A stretch of 64,000 bases of DNA. Origin: an uncultured Methanoregulaceae archaeon. Lineage in GTDB: Archaea; Halobacteriota; Methanomicrobia; Methanomicrobiales; Methanospirillaceae. The position numbers were made by a program, and so were the translations under genes. Under the pieces are notes generated by a model, which saw nothing but the letters and a program-made list of their open reading frames with translations, was not told the origin of the DNA and did not search any database. Positions 33,487 to 46,300 of this stretch are shown piece by piece; within the stretch, counting starts at the first letter, position 1; every line of letters begins with the position of its first letter. The stretch covers positions 384,001-448,000 of the forward strand of contig CAWJAX010000002.1 of the NCBI GenBank assembly GCA_963841015.1, in the 5' to 3' direction.

Positions 33487-35067
33487 ATGCTCGATCTCAG
33501 CACCCTCCCGGGAAACCCCGGCTGCTACCTTTTCTCAGATGAGGCCGGTACGGTTATTTACGTCGGGAAGGCAAAAAATCTCAAAAAGCGGGTGACAAGT
33601 TATTTTCAGAAAACCGATCACGATCCTAAGACCAAAAACCTGATTTCCCGCATTGCATCGGTCAGCGTACTGGTGACCAACACTGAGACAGAAGCATTGC
33701 TTCTGGAAAACAACCTGATAAAGAAACATCAGCCGAAATACAATATCGATCTGAAGGACGCGAAACGGTTTGCCTATATAGAACTCACCCGTGAACCGTT
33801 TCCCAGGATCGGGATTGCCCGGCGGATGAGTGCCGGTGACGCGACGTATTTCGGCCCATTTGTTTCTGCAGCAGAGCGTGATGCCCTGCTTCGGGTGATA
33901 AAACGGATTTTCTGCCTGCGTTCCTGCAAAAAACTGCCGAAACGTGCCTGTCTCCGGTACCACATGAAGTCATGCAGTGCCCCGTGTATCGGTTTAATCA
34001 GTGAGGATGATTATCATCAGCATGTCGAGCGGGCATCGGCGTTGCTGAAAGGAAAGGGTGGTGAATTGCTGGCCCAGCTCCGGACTGAGATGGCAGCATG
34101 CTCGGCTGCACAGGATTATGAAAGGGCGCTTGTCCTCCGCAACCAGATCGCGGCAATCGGTCACCTTACCGAACGCCAGCATGTTGAGCGTCCGAAAGAG
34201 ACCGACCAGGATGTCATTGCGTATACCATAGCAGATGATATGGTATACCTTATGGTATTTTCTGTCGAGAAGGGATTACTGCTCAGTAAGCAGGAATACT
34301 CGTTTGACAACCGGGAAGATTTTTTTGAGGAATTTCTTGTTCAGTATTATGCGGACCGTGTGCCACCTGCAGAGTTAATCGTCCCCCACGTGATCGATGA
34401 GGCACTTACCGGGTACTTATCGGAACGAAAAGGCAGGAGTGTGCAGGTGACCGTGCCAAAGATCGGTGAGAAGAAAAAACTGCTTGACCTTGTGGAGAAA
34501 AACATCGGGCACGCATTCTTAAAAAACGAGCTCAAAGTAAAAGACCTGCAGGCAAACCTTGACCTTCCTGATGCTCCCGAAGTAATTGAGTGTTTCGACA
34601 TTTCGCACCTTTCGGGCACATCAATGGTCGGGTCCATGGTGCAGTTCCGGAACGGGATTGCGGACAAGAAGAACTATCGCAGGTTTAAAATCAAAACGAT
34701 CGAGGGCATTGATGACGCTGGCTCAATTGCAGAGATCGTGAAACGGCGGTATCACCGGCTCATTGAAGAGAACACCGATCTTCCCGACCTGATCATCATC
34801 GATGGCGGGAAAGGTCAGTTATCTGCTGCCCTGGAAGTAATTCAGGGTCTTGACCTTGCTATTCCGGTGATTGCGATTGCCAAGAAAGAAGAGGAGGTGT
34901 ACGTGCCCGGTGAAATGATCCCCCGCCATCTCGATCCTAAAGGGATGGCGCTGCGGTATATCCAGGAAATCCGTGATGAGGCGCACCGCTTTGCAATAGC
35001 CTATCATACCCTGCTCAGGAAGAAGAAAATGACCGGAGATTACACACGGTCCGGCAAGGTAAAATAA
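33487..35067 (+). CDS. uvrC: Excinuclease ABC subunit C (no C-terminal HhH domain visible)
   Basis: PGCYLF...YVGKAKNL (GIY-YIG), ECFDISH, DGGKGQ, RDEAHRFA. Confidence 0.96.
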   Translation: MLDLSTLPGNPGCYLFSDEAGTVIYVGKAKNLKKRVTSYFQKTDHDPKTKNLISRIASVSVLVTNTETEALLLENNLIKKHQPKYNIDLKDAKRFAYIELTREPFPRIGIARRMSAGDATYFGPFVSAAERDALLRVIKRIFCLRSCKKLPKRACLRYHMKSCSAPCIGLISEDDYHQHVERASALLKGKGGELLAQLRTEMAACSAAQDYERALVLRNQIAAIGHLTERQHVERPKETDQDVIAYTIADDMVYLMVFSVEKGLLLSKQEYSFDNREDFFEEFLVQYYADRVPPAELIVPHVIDEALTGYLSERKGRSVQVTVPKIGEKKKLLDLVEKNIGHAFLKNELKVKDLQANLDLPDAPEVIECFDISHLSGTSMVGSMVQFRNGIADKKNYRRFKIKTIEGIDDAGSIAEIVKRRYHRLIEENTDLPDLIIIDGGKGQLSAALEVIQGLDLAIPVIAIAKKEEEVYVPGEMIPRHLDPKGMALRYIQEIRDEAHRFAIAYHTLLRKKKMTGDYTRSGKVK

Positions 35068-35094
35068 ATCTCCCGACTGATTTTCTAAAAAAAT

Positions 35095-35300
35095 CTGATC
35101 TGTCGAATTTCTTTAAGATGAAGGCTGGAAAAAAGCACACTACTATAAAGGAGCGGACAGTACCTGCCACCCTACCTACCTGCACTTTTTACGATGATGA
35201 CGTATTTACTGATCGGTCGTATTGTATTGGGGGGAGCTGAAACGGCTGGGGTGAAACCCGTGTTGAGTGTTCACATTTTTTTACCATTTCTGCACAGCCA
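35095..35300 (-). repeat. Dispersed ~200-bp repeat family, copy C
   Basis: Reverse complement ggctgtgcagaaatgg...gggtttcaccccagccg...gctcccccc...tcatcatcg; left end tctgtcgaatt matches copy B tctgtagaatt at similar spacing. Confidence 0.75.
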
Positions 35301-35356
35301 AAAAATCTATTCAGGCATACCAAATAATTATCATATTCCCTGTGAAATCTGAAACC

Positions 35357-35728
35357 ATGGCTGGGAATACTACTGGTTCGATATTCATTCTCCTTATGAT
35401 CACCGCTGGTCTGATAACGGTAAGCGGGTGCACGGCAGGCAATCCCCCTGTAACGCCATCACCTGAACCCACTTCTGTTCCTGTGGTCACGACTGCTCCT
35501 GCTTCTGCACAAAGTTGCATTACGGCCGATGACTGTGTACCTGCCCAATGTTGTCATCCCACGACTTGTATCAACAAAGCAAACAAGGGAGTATGCAACC
35601 TGATGTGCACGATGAGCTGCGAGGGACCGATCGATTGTGGAGCCGGCAGCTGCGGGTGTGTAAACGGGACATGCAGTGTGGTTCCCTCGAAATCATCACC
35701 GTTTACAACGGTTACAAAACTGCCGTAA
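35357..35728 (+). CDS. Lipoprotein with 12-cysteine mini-domain
   Basis: VSGC lipobox, P/T linker, Cys cluster. Confidence 0.8.
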   Translation: MAGNTTGSIFILLMITAGLITVSGCTAGNPPVTPSPEPTSVPVVTTAPASAQSCITADDCVPAQCCHPTTCINKANKGVCNLMCTMSCEGPIDCGAGSCGCVNGTCSVVPSKSSPFTTVTKLP

Positions 35729-35777
35729 TCATACTTTGGCGTGAAACCTTTATCAGCGATGAACGTGACGACTCTAC

Positions 35778-35990
35778 ATGGCATTATCTGCATATATTAC
35801 GTTTCCGGTGATTATGGTTGCAGGGAGTATCCTGTTCCTCTGCCTTATCGGTACTGCAGTTCTCGGTTCCATGATAATAAAGGGAAAAGGCAATATACCG
35901 TTCTCCTGGCACGTGAATCTCGCCCGGCTGACTATCGTGATTGCGCTCATTCACGGTTTTTTTGCCATGGCATGGTTCTTTGGATGGTAG
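35778..35990 (+). CDS. Small two-TM protein
   Basis: 70 aa hydrophobic; WH...IHG. Confidence 0.6.
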   Translation: MALSAYITFPVIMVAGSILFLCLIGTAVLGSMIIKGKGNIPFSWHVNLARLTIVIALIHGFFAMAWFFGW

Positions 35991-36027
35991 GAACCTTGTA
36001 TCACGCGTTTGCCGGAGGGTGGATGGA

Positions 36028-36396
36028 ATGAAAATTCATGGGGTGATGATTGCGCTGATCATCACGCTGGTCTTTTTCTCCGGGTGTCTTGGCAGTCCTG
36101 TAGTGCATGACCGTGCACAGGAAGACCTGCATGCCCATTACGAGTATTCTGAAGGATGGTCGATCGGGCAGGGGTGTTATGAACAGGTGAAAGGATATAT
36201 TTATACTACGGGGAATTTCTCGGCTGAGTCGGTGCAGTTGCATTTCAATCTGGTGAATAGTGGAACCGGAACGATAAGGGATTCCCGGTCCATCTTTGCA
36301 GGTCCTTTGGGTAAAGGAGAGACCCGGAACTTTGAGACGGTTCTTGATGGGGAATGCACACAGGAGTACCGGGTTGATTTTATGTTTGGAGACTAA
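36028..36396 (+). CDS. Lipoprotein with FxLYD-like Ig domain
   Basis: FSGC lipobox; VKGYIYTTG...V.L.FNL...L..GETRNFE. Confidence 0.7.
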   Translation: MKIHGVMIALIITLVFFSGCLGSPVVHDRAQEDLHAHYEYSEGWSIGQGCYEQVKGYIYTTGNFSAESVQLHFNLVNSGTGTIRDSRSIFAGPLGKGETRNFETVLDGECTQEYRVDFMFGD

Positions 36397-36419
36397 TTAT
36401 TCCGGAAAAAAGGTATCGT

Positions 36420-36962
36420 ATGGTGGAAAAGAACCAGCCTACCTTTCAACATGTCCTTGGTATCTTTGCAGTTCTGGTCATGGTAACCGTACTCGTCGCC
36501 ATTGCCGGGTGTCTTTTTCAGGCGCCTGAAAAAACTCCTGCAGTCCCATCAGTGTGTTCCACCGATGCCGGCGTCTGTACTCTTCCGATTACCCCATCTG
36601 TCAGGATAGAAGCCGCTCCCCAGATGTACACCCCGCTCATGTCCTCAACACCCGGAATAGGGCTTACTCCGGACGCCAGCGGGTTCAACCCTGCGGATGC
36701 AGAGTTCACCTGGAACGCATCCTACGGGTATTTTTTAGACTGGAGTTCTTCGAATTATACAGTCAGCAGGCTTTCACAACCTGTAGTAAATCATGGGGAA
36801 AAGGTCTACTGGTCATTCATTGATATTCCAGCATCGACCAGCGATCCCGTCATCATCTCGGTCACTGTACGGAATCTCCCGTCAGGGCAGATAAGGGGGA
36901 GCTCCCGGCTTACTCTTGGCTGGGAAGGGAATTACACGGTGAGGGTTCAGAAGATAGAGTGA
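36420..36962 (+). CDS. Secreted/lipoprotein, hypothetical
   Basis: IAGC; YTPLMSSTPGIGLTP, FTWNASYG. Confidence 0.7.
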   Translation: MVEKNQPTFQHVLGIFAVLVMVTVLVAIAGCLFQAPEKTPAVPSVCSTDAGVCTLPITPSVRIEAAPQMYTPLMSSTPGIGLTPDASGFNPADAEFTWNASYGYFLDWSSSNYTVSRLSQPVVNHGEKVYWSFIDIPASTSDPVIISVTVRNLPSGQIRGSSRLTLGWEGNYTVRVQKIE

Positions 36963-37376
36963 TCCTTGACTGAGGTTTCCGGTAAATCATGGTATTCTTT
37001 TTTTCGCGTTATTTTTCGGATTCAGATTTTTTTCCTTCTTCTTTTCCTTCTTTTAAGATTTGGTAGGCTCAGTCTCATCCACAGATTTGGATCGAAAACA
37101 GGAGGACAAGTGCTTTAACCGTATGAAAATTCTGGGCTTCATCGCAGCCCTCCTCTCATTTCGCGCAGAGATGCAATGCACTGGCGCCTCGCCAATATTT
37201 ATTATCCGTTATTATATTGGTCATAGTATGGTAATTTCATACCATAATTATCAAAAATATGCTCTTTTTTATAAAATTTTTCAGATATCAACGTCAAAAC
37301 GACACGATTATCATAGTTATCGAAAAATGTTGGTACGTTTGATTAAAAAATTATTATATAAGGAGATTTGGTTTAA

Positions 37377-40300
37377 TTGGAGCGCAAGCATGTCTACATC
37401 ATAATCTCATTGATTTTTTTCTCGTTATTGATTGTTTCTGTGGCCGCAGATACTCCGTTAAGCTACGGGGTTGAGACTGCGGGGGCCATTGAGACTCCTG
37501 GTGGAAATGACACATATTCCCTTCCCGCCACGGCTGGGGACCACCTGTTCTTCCGGATGGGAGGACAGTACATCACCGATCCGGAACTCGTTCTTTACAG
37601 TCCGACAGGAACTGAACTTGCGACCAACTGGAGCCAGAGCGGATACTATCGAGCTGAAATCTCTCTTATTGTGCCGGAGACCGGCACGTATCTCCTGCTT
37701 GCCCGGAGTCATACCATAAATACCAATCCTTACGGCATCTTCGCCCAGAAAGTAAATGCTCCGGAGAATGCCACTGCTCTTCCCTGGAACACCGAGACCG
37801 CTGGTACAATCTCCTATGGGGGATGCATGGATACCTACACGGTTTCAGCCACTGCCGGTGAGGACCTGCAGATCCGGATGGGCTCAAGTGCCACTCCGGA
37901 CCTTATACTCTTTGGTCCGGATGGATCAGAACTTGCCAGAAACACCTCCTACCGTCTTGGCAGTATCTCAGTAACAGCACCTGCAACCGGGACTTATACC
38001 GTCCTTACCGGAGAACATTTGGGATATCAGACCGGGGGGTATGGAATCACTGCAGTGAGCCAGGAGAATATGATCCCTCTCTTGTATGGGGTTGAGACTT
38101 CCGGTACAATTACGGCTTTAGGGGGTGAAGATGCCTACTCACTCCCCGCGACAGCCGGTGACCACCTGTTCTTCCGGATGGGAGGACAGTACATCACCGA
38201 TCCGGAACTCGTTCTTTACAGTCCGACAGGAACTGAACTTGCGACCAACTGGAGTCAGAGCGGATACTATCGAGCTGAAATCTCTCTTATTGTGCCGGAG
38301 ACCGGCACGTATCTCCTGCTTGCCCGGAGTCATACCATAAATACCAATCCTTACGGCATCTTCGCCCAGAAAGTAAATGCTCCGGAGAATGCCACTGCTC
38401 TTCCCTGGAACACCGAGACCGTTGGTACAATCTCCTATGGGGGATGCATGGATACCTACACGGTTTCAGCCACTGCCGGTGAGGACCTGCAGATCCGGAT
38501 GGGCTCAAGTGCCACTCCGGACCTTATACTCTTTGGTCCGGATGGATCAGAACTTGCCAGAAACACCTCCTACCGTCTTGGCAGTATCTCAGTAACAGCA
38601 CCTGCAACCGGGACTTATACCGTCCTTACCGGAGAACATTTGGGATATCAGACCGGGGGGTATGGAATCACTGCAGTGAGCCAGGAGAATATGATCCCTC
38701 TCTTGTATGGGGTTGAGACTTCCGGTACAATTACGGCTTTAGGGGGTGAAGATGCCTACTCACTCCCCGCGACAGCCGGTGACCACCTGTTCTTCCGGAT
38801 GGGAGGACAGGTACATCACCGATCCGGAACTCGTTCTTTACAGTCCGACAGGAACTGAACTTGCGACCAACTGGAGTCAGAGCGGATACTATCGAGCTGA
38901 AATCTCTCTTATTGTGCCGGAGACCGGCACGTATCTCCTGCTTGCCCGGAGTCATACCATAAATACCAATCCTTACGGCATCTTCGCCCAGAAAGTAAAT
39001 GCTCCGGAGAATGCCACTGCTCTTCCCTGGAACACCGAGACCGCTGGTACAATCTCCTATGGGGGATGCATGGATACCTACACGGTTTCAGCCACTGCCG
39101 GTGAGGACCTGCAGATCCGGATGGGCTCAAGTGCCACTCCGGACCTTATACTCTTTGGTCCGGATGGATCAGAACTTGCCAGAAACACCTCCTATCATCT
39201 TGGCAGTATCTCAGTAACAGCACCTGCAACCGGGACTTATACCGTCCTTACCGGAGAACATTTGGGATATCAGACCGGGGGGTATTGGATTAATGGAACA
39301 AATCCTAATTGGTATTCAGCTCCTATCGCCAACTTTACCGCCAACCTCACCTCTGGCACCGCACCTCTCGCTGTGCAATTCACTGACACATCAAGTGGCT
39401 CCCCAACAGAGTGGAACTGGGATTTCGGCGAAGGCAACGTTAGCAATGAACAGAACCCATCGTTCATCTATTCAACCCCTGGAATCTTCACAGTCTCACT
39501 GAATGCAACCAATTCCGCTGGCAGTAACACAACGAGCAAACTGAATTATGTCAGTGTATCGAACGCAAATGGCATTTTTGATATCTTTGAAAAATTCCCA
39601 AGAAATTCCCAAGGGGAAAACGGAATCTACTTACAATATCTTGAAAATGGTGTGTATACCAACTTGCCTAATTTCGCAGATTATCATTTCGCGATTTTCA
39701 CAGGAACGTGGTGGGTTCCTTCAATTGCTGATGCATATAAACTGGGTGGCGGGTATCCTGGTTATCCCCCCCATGGAATCAATGCTCACCCGACTGCGAT
39801 CAATCAGGTTGGTCTTGAAGCAGACACAATAATCCGGATTAATATCCCGGGCGAAGGGGGAATTGTCCAGGTTAATGGTTCAGGAGGGGAGGATATGGGA
39901 AATGTCCGGTTCTATATCTTCAAAGGAGAGGATAATTACAACAATCCCCTCTGGTCCTCATGGGACGGAGGTATTTTCAATTTGTCTGTTCCTTATTCGA
40001 ATGGAGAGCAGCTATTTTTTGCGACTGATGCCGGTGGCGACGATGTAAATGACTGGGCATACTGGAGCAGTATCCAGTTGTTCCCCTCCAATGAAGTACC
40101 TCTTGTCGCTAACTTCACCGCTAACGTTACCTCAGGTTCTTCACCACTAGCGGTTCAGTTCACTGACACATCAACGGGAAACGATATTACCTCAAGAGAA
40201 TGGCACTACAAACTCAACTCCGAAAGCTCGTGGACTCCTTTAATTCTGGATGGAGAATCGTCGTTTGTATTTTCGAATGGGGGTATTTATGACATCAAAC

Positions 40301-43300
40301 TCACCATATCAGGGACTGGCGGAACTGATGATGAGGTTAAGACTAATATTATAACAGTCAACATCCCGAGTGCTGATCCGGTATATAATCCCGTAAATGG
40401 CCATTATTATGATGTAATTTCTGGATCCATCACATGGATCGCGGCCAACAATGCAGCTCAATCATTAACCTTCAAGAGTATAAACGGACATCTTGCTACG
40501 ATCACTTCTGAAGCTGAAAATAGTTTTATTCTAGCGTCTTTTGGGGCTTCTGGAATTGAGGGGTATCATCTCGGCGGTTTTCAACCCCTAGGAAGCACCG
40601 AACCAGATGGTGATTGGCAATGGGTGACCGGTGAGCCGTGGAGTTATACCAATTGGGTTACCGGGGAACCTTCCAATGCTTATGGAGGAGATGAGGGAGT
40701 GCATCCATCTGGATGGCCGGAAGACTCACTTCAGGCAGGGTGGGGTACCGGACAATGGAATGATTTCCCAAGTGATGTGCCAAAGAGCGGTTATGTTGTT
40801 GAATGGGATTTCGCAGCTCCTGCTCCTGTTTCAGGATTCTCTGGCACCCCAACATCGGGATTTGCACCATTGACCATAGACTTCACAGATGCATCGACCG
40901 GCAGCCCAACCGGTTGGGCATGGTTCTTCGGCGACGAGACATATACAACAGCATGGACTCAGCAGACTGCAGGTGCTGAATGGTCGGCAAGAGACGCACC
41001 AAGTAGTGTGGTATTGTTCGACGGTAACATCGTGTTGATGGGTGGACTAGCTGATGACGGCTATAAAAATGATGTTTGGCTTTCAACGGACAATGGCGTT
41101 ACATGGACGCAGCAGACCGCAAATGCTGAATGGCAAGGAAGATACGCTCAAACAAGCGTAGTGATGCCGGACGGCAGTATCGTATTGATGGGCGGATCAG
41201 ACTGAAGATGGTTATAAAAATGATGTATGGCGTTCAACGGACAATGGCGTTACATGGACGCAGCAGACAGCAAGTGCTGAGTGGTCAGATAGATGGACTC
41301 ATACAAGCATAGTGATGCCGGACGGCAGTATCGTGTTGATGGGTGGTGATTGGAAGAATGACGTATGGCGTTCCACGGATATGGGACAAACATGGACGCA
41401 GCAGACAGCAAGTGCCGAGTGGTCACCAAGAGAGTCTCACACAAGTGTGGTGATGCCAGATGGAAGTATCGTACTCATAGGGGGCCTTGGAAGTGACTGG
41501 GGCTCAAAGAGTGATGTGTGGCGTTCCACGGACATGGGACAAACATGGACGCAGCAGACAGCAAGTGCCGAGTGGATAGGAAGGTTCTCTCATACTAGCG
41601 TAGTTCTGCCGGATGGAAGTATAATGCTAGTGGGGGGTTGGGATAGTGGGTGGACCAGGACAAATGATGTGTGGCGTTCAGCGGACATGGGACAAACATG
41701 GACGCAGCAGACAGCAAATTCCGAGTGGTCGCCAAGAACAGGTCACAGCAGTATAGCGTTGCCAGATAGCAGTATCATGCTTTTGGGGGGTACAGCTGAT
41801 GACGGCTATAAGAATGATGTCTGGCGTCTCATGCCTGCAGGGTCATCGACCCAGAACCCGTCGCATACCTATACCGCAGCAGGAACCTATTCAGTTGCAT
41901 TACAGGCTTACAATAATGCCGGGTATAATAGTTCACTTAAGACCGGGTATATCCATGTCACAGGAGGAGGAAGTTTAAATTCTTCGCCCATCATCAGTAA
42001 TGTTGTAGTAACCAGCACATCCGGGCTTAACCTTACTACTGATTATCTCACCGCATCATGGGAAGCCTCCGATCCGGAAGAAGATCCAATCAAGAATATC
42101 ACCGTTTGGTCGAGGAATAATTCTCCTTTCAGTGTCCTTACCCTGCCATTCGAGCAGTCAGATGTAGCAACAGCAATGCACACCCGGGATTACTCAGGCC
42201 ATGGTAACAACGGGATCGTGCATGGCGCCACCTGGAACGCAGCCGGAGGGTATGATGGATGGGGTGCTTTTGCATTCGATGGAACTGATGATTATATCGA
42301 TCTCGGACTCGATCAGAGTCTGCAGGTTCAGAACGAGATCACCCTTACAGCCTGGATTAAGGCACCACCGATTCCGGATGATGAATTGTGGGCGATTGTG
42401 AACAGCCAGGATGACTGGACGGGTTCGGGCGCTTCAATTATTCTCGACGGGAGGGAGAGTCCTGATGGCCAGCCGTCACCTCGACGTCACATTCACTTCC
42501 AGATTGGAGATGGATCATGGCATACAACGAATTCGGATACTGTAGTCCCAGAGAATGAATGGGTTCATGTTGTTGCGACACGGCGGGCAGGTGAACCAGC
42601 TCGAATTTATTACAATGGCATCCTCCAGCCAAGTACCAGTGTACCCTGGTCGGGGTCCATCCAATACACCAGCAACTGGAGTGTAGGGCAACAGAACAAT
42701 CAGGGCAGAAATTTCAAGGGACTTATCGATGAGGTTCAGATCTTCAATCGTGCCCTCTCTGCAGAACAGATTGTAGCGCTTTATCAGAACAGGACATACC
42801 GGATCGTACCGCAAGAAACCAGTTTCGCGGATACCTGGCAAGCGTGTGTCACGGGAAATGATGGTTTCCATGATAGTATTCCCTCATGCAGCAATGTCGT
42901 GACCATCACAAAGGTTACTGATTTCACAGCTAACGTCACTTCCGGCATTGCCCCGCTCATGGTTCAGTTCACTGATACCTCAACCGGTTACCCGACAAGT
43001 TGGAACTGGTCATTTGGGGATAATACATTTTCTGATGAACAAAACCCGGTCCATTCCTACAACAATAATGGCAAATTTACTGTAAAACTGAATGTTACCA
43101 GTAGTAACGGATTCGACTGGGAAAACAAGACAGGGTATATCACCGTGTATTCTGATTTGCCACTTCTCGAACCTGAACTCAAACACGTGATTCCGATAAA
43201 TGCAAAAACCGCTTTTGTTTCAGATCTGGACAATGATGGAACAAACGAACTTCTTGTCGGGACATATCAGTCCGGCGGGAAGGATAGGATAATTCTTTAC

Positions 43301-46300
43301 AAATTCATTTCTGGGAGTTACCAGCCCATCTGGAATTATGACATTGATGACACAGGATATGGTGCTGTTACTGCGATAACGACGGGGGACACCGATAATG
43401 ACGGCATTAAAGAGATGGTCGTGTCGACAGGAATGTGCAGCGACAGTGGTTGTGGGGCAATTGACCGAAACCTGCGTATTTTCAAACGATCTTCCGGAGA
43501 GCTGAATTCCTGGAACCTTGACTACATCTATCACATCGGTGAATTTACCGATCCGCTCTCTCTCGCAGTCGGTGACGCGGATAATGATGGAATGAACGAA
43601 CTTATTGTTGGAATGTCATGGTTTTCCCGGTCCATCCTGGAGTTCAAGCATTCTGGTTCATCCTACGATGTCAGCACTATAGAATATACTGGCAGTGACG
43701 TCCTTTCCATCAATATTATCGATATCGATCATGACGGGTTGAATGAAATCGTTTCCGGCACCGGCTGCTGGTCGGAATACAATGTCGGGATTCTCAAAAA
43801 GATTGGGGGTACATGGACGCGTACCTGGAAATCTCCCAGTTATGGCATGTCTCAGGCAGCTTCCGGTGATCTCGATAAAGATGGATTGAATGAAATCCTT
43901 GCCACCCAGTCGGGGAGCTGCGGTGTTATTGGCAACCCAGGGTTTGCGAGGATATACAAAAATAATGCCGAAATATGGAATTATGATTCAACCAGTGCTT
44001 ATTATATTGACGATGGAAAACCAGCCATGGGAGATCTTAATGGAGATGGTGTGCCGGAATTTGCTTTTATCACCAGAAATACTACCCATCAGGTCCTGAA
44101 TATATTTTCCACAAATAATCCAACATTTACTCCAGAGTATAAATATGCCCTTATTTTTCCCTGGGCAATCAGTCCGGACTGGCCAACCCGGAGCTATGAG
44201 GTTATTGGTGATTCCGATAATAACGGTATCAACGAAATCATTATGAGTGCTCTTTATGATGGGACATTGAGGATTTATGAAAGTTCAGATTCGCCTCCGG
44301 ACACAGACAGGTACCTGTTTTCAATCAATCCGGACAGTGCTGGCCCAATTACTAACGCCATAATCGTGATAAATGGTTTTGGATTTGAACCGGGGTGCCA
44401 GGTAGAATTAGAAAGGAATAGTGAAGTAATAGCGATACCACAACAGGTAACCTATCAATCCTCTGAGATTCTCTCTGCTGAATTTAATTTATCGGCTATT
44501 ACAGCTGGTTCGAGCAATCTGACTGTACGCTGGCCTGACAATACTATCCGTTCATTGCCATTTACCGTTGATGAATCCCTCAGTGAATCCGTTGACAGTC
44601 CTCAATTAATCTTTACAACTACTGGGGATGCACCTTGGTTTGGCCAGTCTGATGAATTCTACTATGGGGGGAGTTCAGCCCAAAGTGGATTAATTAGCGA
44701 AAATCAGCAATCTGTCCTTCAGACAACGGTCAACGGGCCTGCAAACATTTCATTCTACTGGAAGGTGTCATCTGAAGGAGGGTATGACTTTTTGAGATTT
44801 TTCATTGATGGTGCTGAACTGGCATCAATTTCAGGTGAATCCGTAGACTGGATTCAGGTTCAGAATATAATCAGTAGTGGAGACCACACTCTGACATGGA
44901 CGTATAATAAAGATTCTTCTGTTTCCAGTGGCAGAGACGCCGGATGGATTGACCAATTAAAGATAGAGCCGGCCGCCTTTTTCACCGCTAATATCACGTC
45001 TGGTTATGTCCCGCTGACTGTCCAATTCTACGACAATTCCACAGGTTCACCGACTTCCTGGTCATGGGACTTTGGTGATGGAGCAACGAGCATTGAACAA
45101 ATGCCCATTCATACCTATCTCACTCCCGGAACATTCACCGTGAGCCTGAACGAGACCAATTCCACCGGATCATATGTCGCTGTCCGGACGAACTATATTG
45201 TCGTCAATGGTCCGGCATATAATTCCCAAAATGGTCATTATTATGACATAATAACTGGACAACACGGCATTACGTGGTTACAAGCCAATAGTTCTGCACA
45301 ATCTTTAACGTATAAAGGACTTCAAGGCCATTTGGTTACAATAACCTCTGAAGAAGAAAATAATTTTATTGTCGCAGAATACGGTACCTATTTTACAAAT
45401 TTAGATTATTTTATAGGTGGAATCCAACCACCTGGAAGTGCTGAACCTGATGGTGGATGGACTTGGGTAACTGGTGAGCAGTGGAGTTATACGAATTGGT
45501 ACCCGGGTGAGCCAAATAATCACTATGGGGGAGATGATGGTGTTCATCCTTATGGGTATCCTAATGATGTACTCGAGGTATGGGCGGGTGGACAATGGAA
45601 TGATTACGTCTCAGATGCTTCAGAATGGGACAGGGATGGCTATATTGTTGAATGGGATTTCGCAGCCCCAGCTCCTGTTGCCAACTTTACCGCCAATGTT
45701 ACCTTTGGCGTCGCTCCACTTGCGGTGCAATTCACTGACACATCCATCGGTACACCTACAAGCTGGAACTGGTCATTTGGCGATGGTTTTACCTCGACTT
45801 TCCAGAATCCTGCTCATACCTATTCAGCCGTCGGTAACTATACGGTTGCATTGAATGTGACCTATGTCGGAAGCAGCAACACAACAACACGTACCAATTA
45901 TATTACAGTAATTGCACCCCCTCCAATAGTGACTGGTATTACGCCAGCGTCCGGTATCAACACTACCGCTGTTTCCATAACGAACCTTGCCGGATCCAAT
46001 TTCGAATCCGGTGCAGGTATAATCCTGACACCGGTGAATGTCAATCCGGTACATAAGAGCAGCATAATTGACGCTGCCGGATCAAGTGTTTTCGTCGCTG
46101 ATAACTATGCATATGTGGCTAATAGTAACGCGTTGGAGATTGTGGATGTCTCGGACCCTGCGAACCCGGTATACAAAGGTAACATAACAGACGGCGCTGG
46201 TCGTTGTGTGTACGTGTCAGGTAACGATGCGTATATAGCTGGTGATTTCGGATTGGAGATCATAGATGTCTCGGACCCCGCTAATCCGGTACATAAAGGA

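Noticed and set aside
37060-37404. 114-aa ORF upstream of the giant gene, and the many antisense or overlapping ORFs
   Set aside because: It crosses an AT-rich promoter region with no motifs; the others are shadows of real genes.
40380-45660. Diversity-generating retroelement targeting the two C-type lectin domains
   Set aside because: No reverse transcriptase in the window, and differences between the copies do not look adenine-specific.
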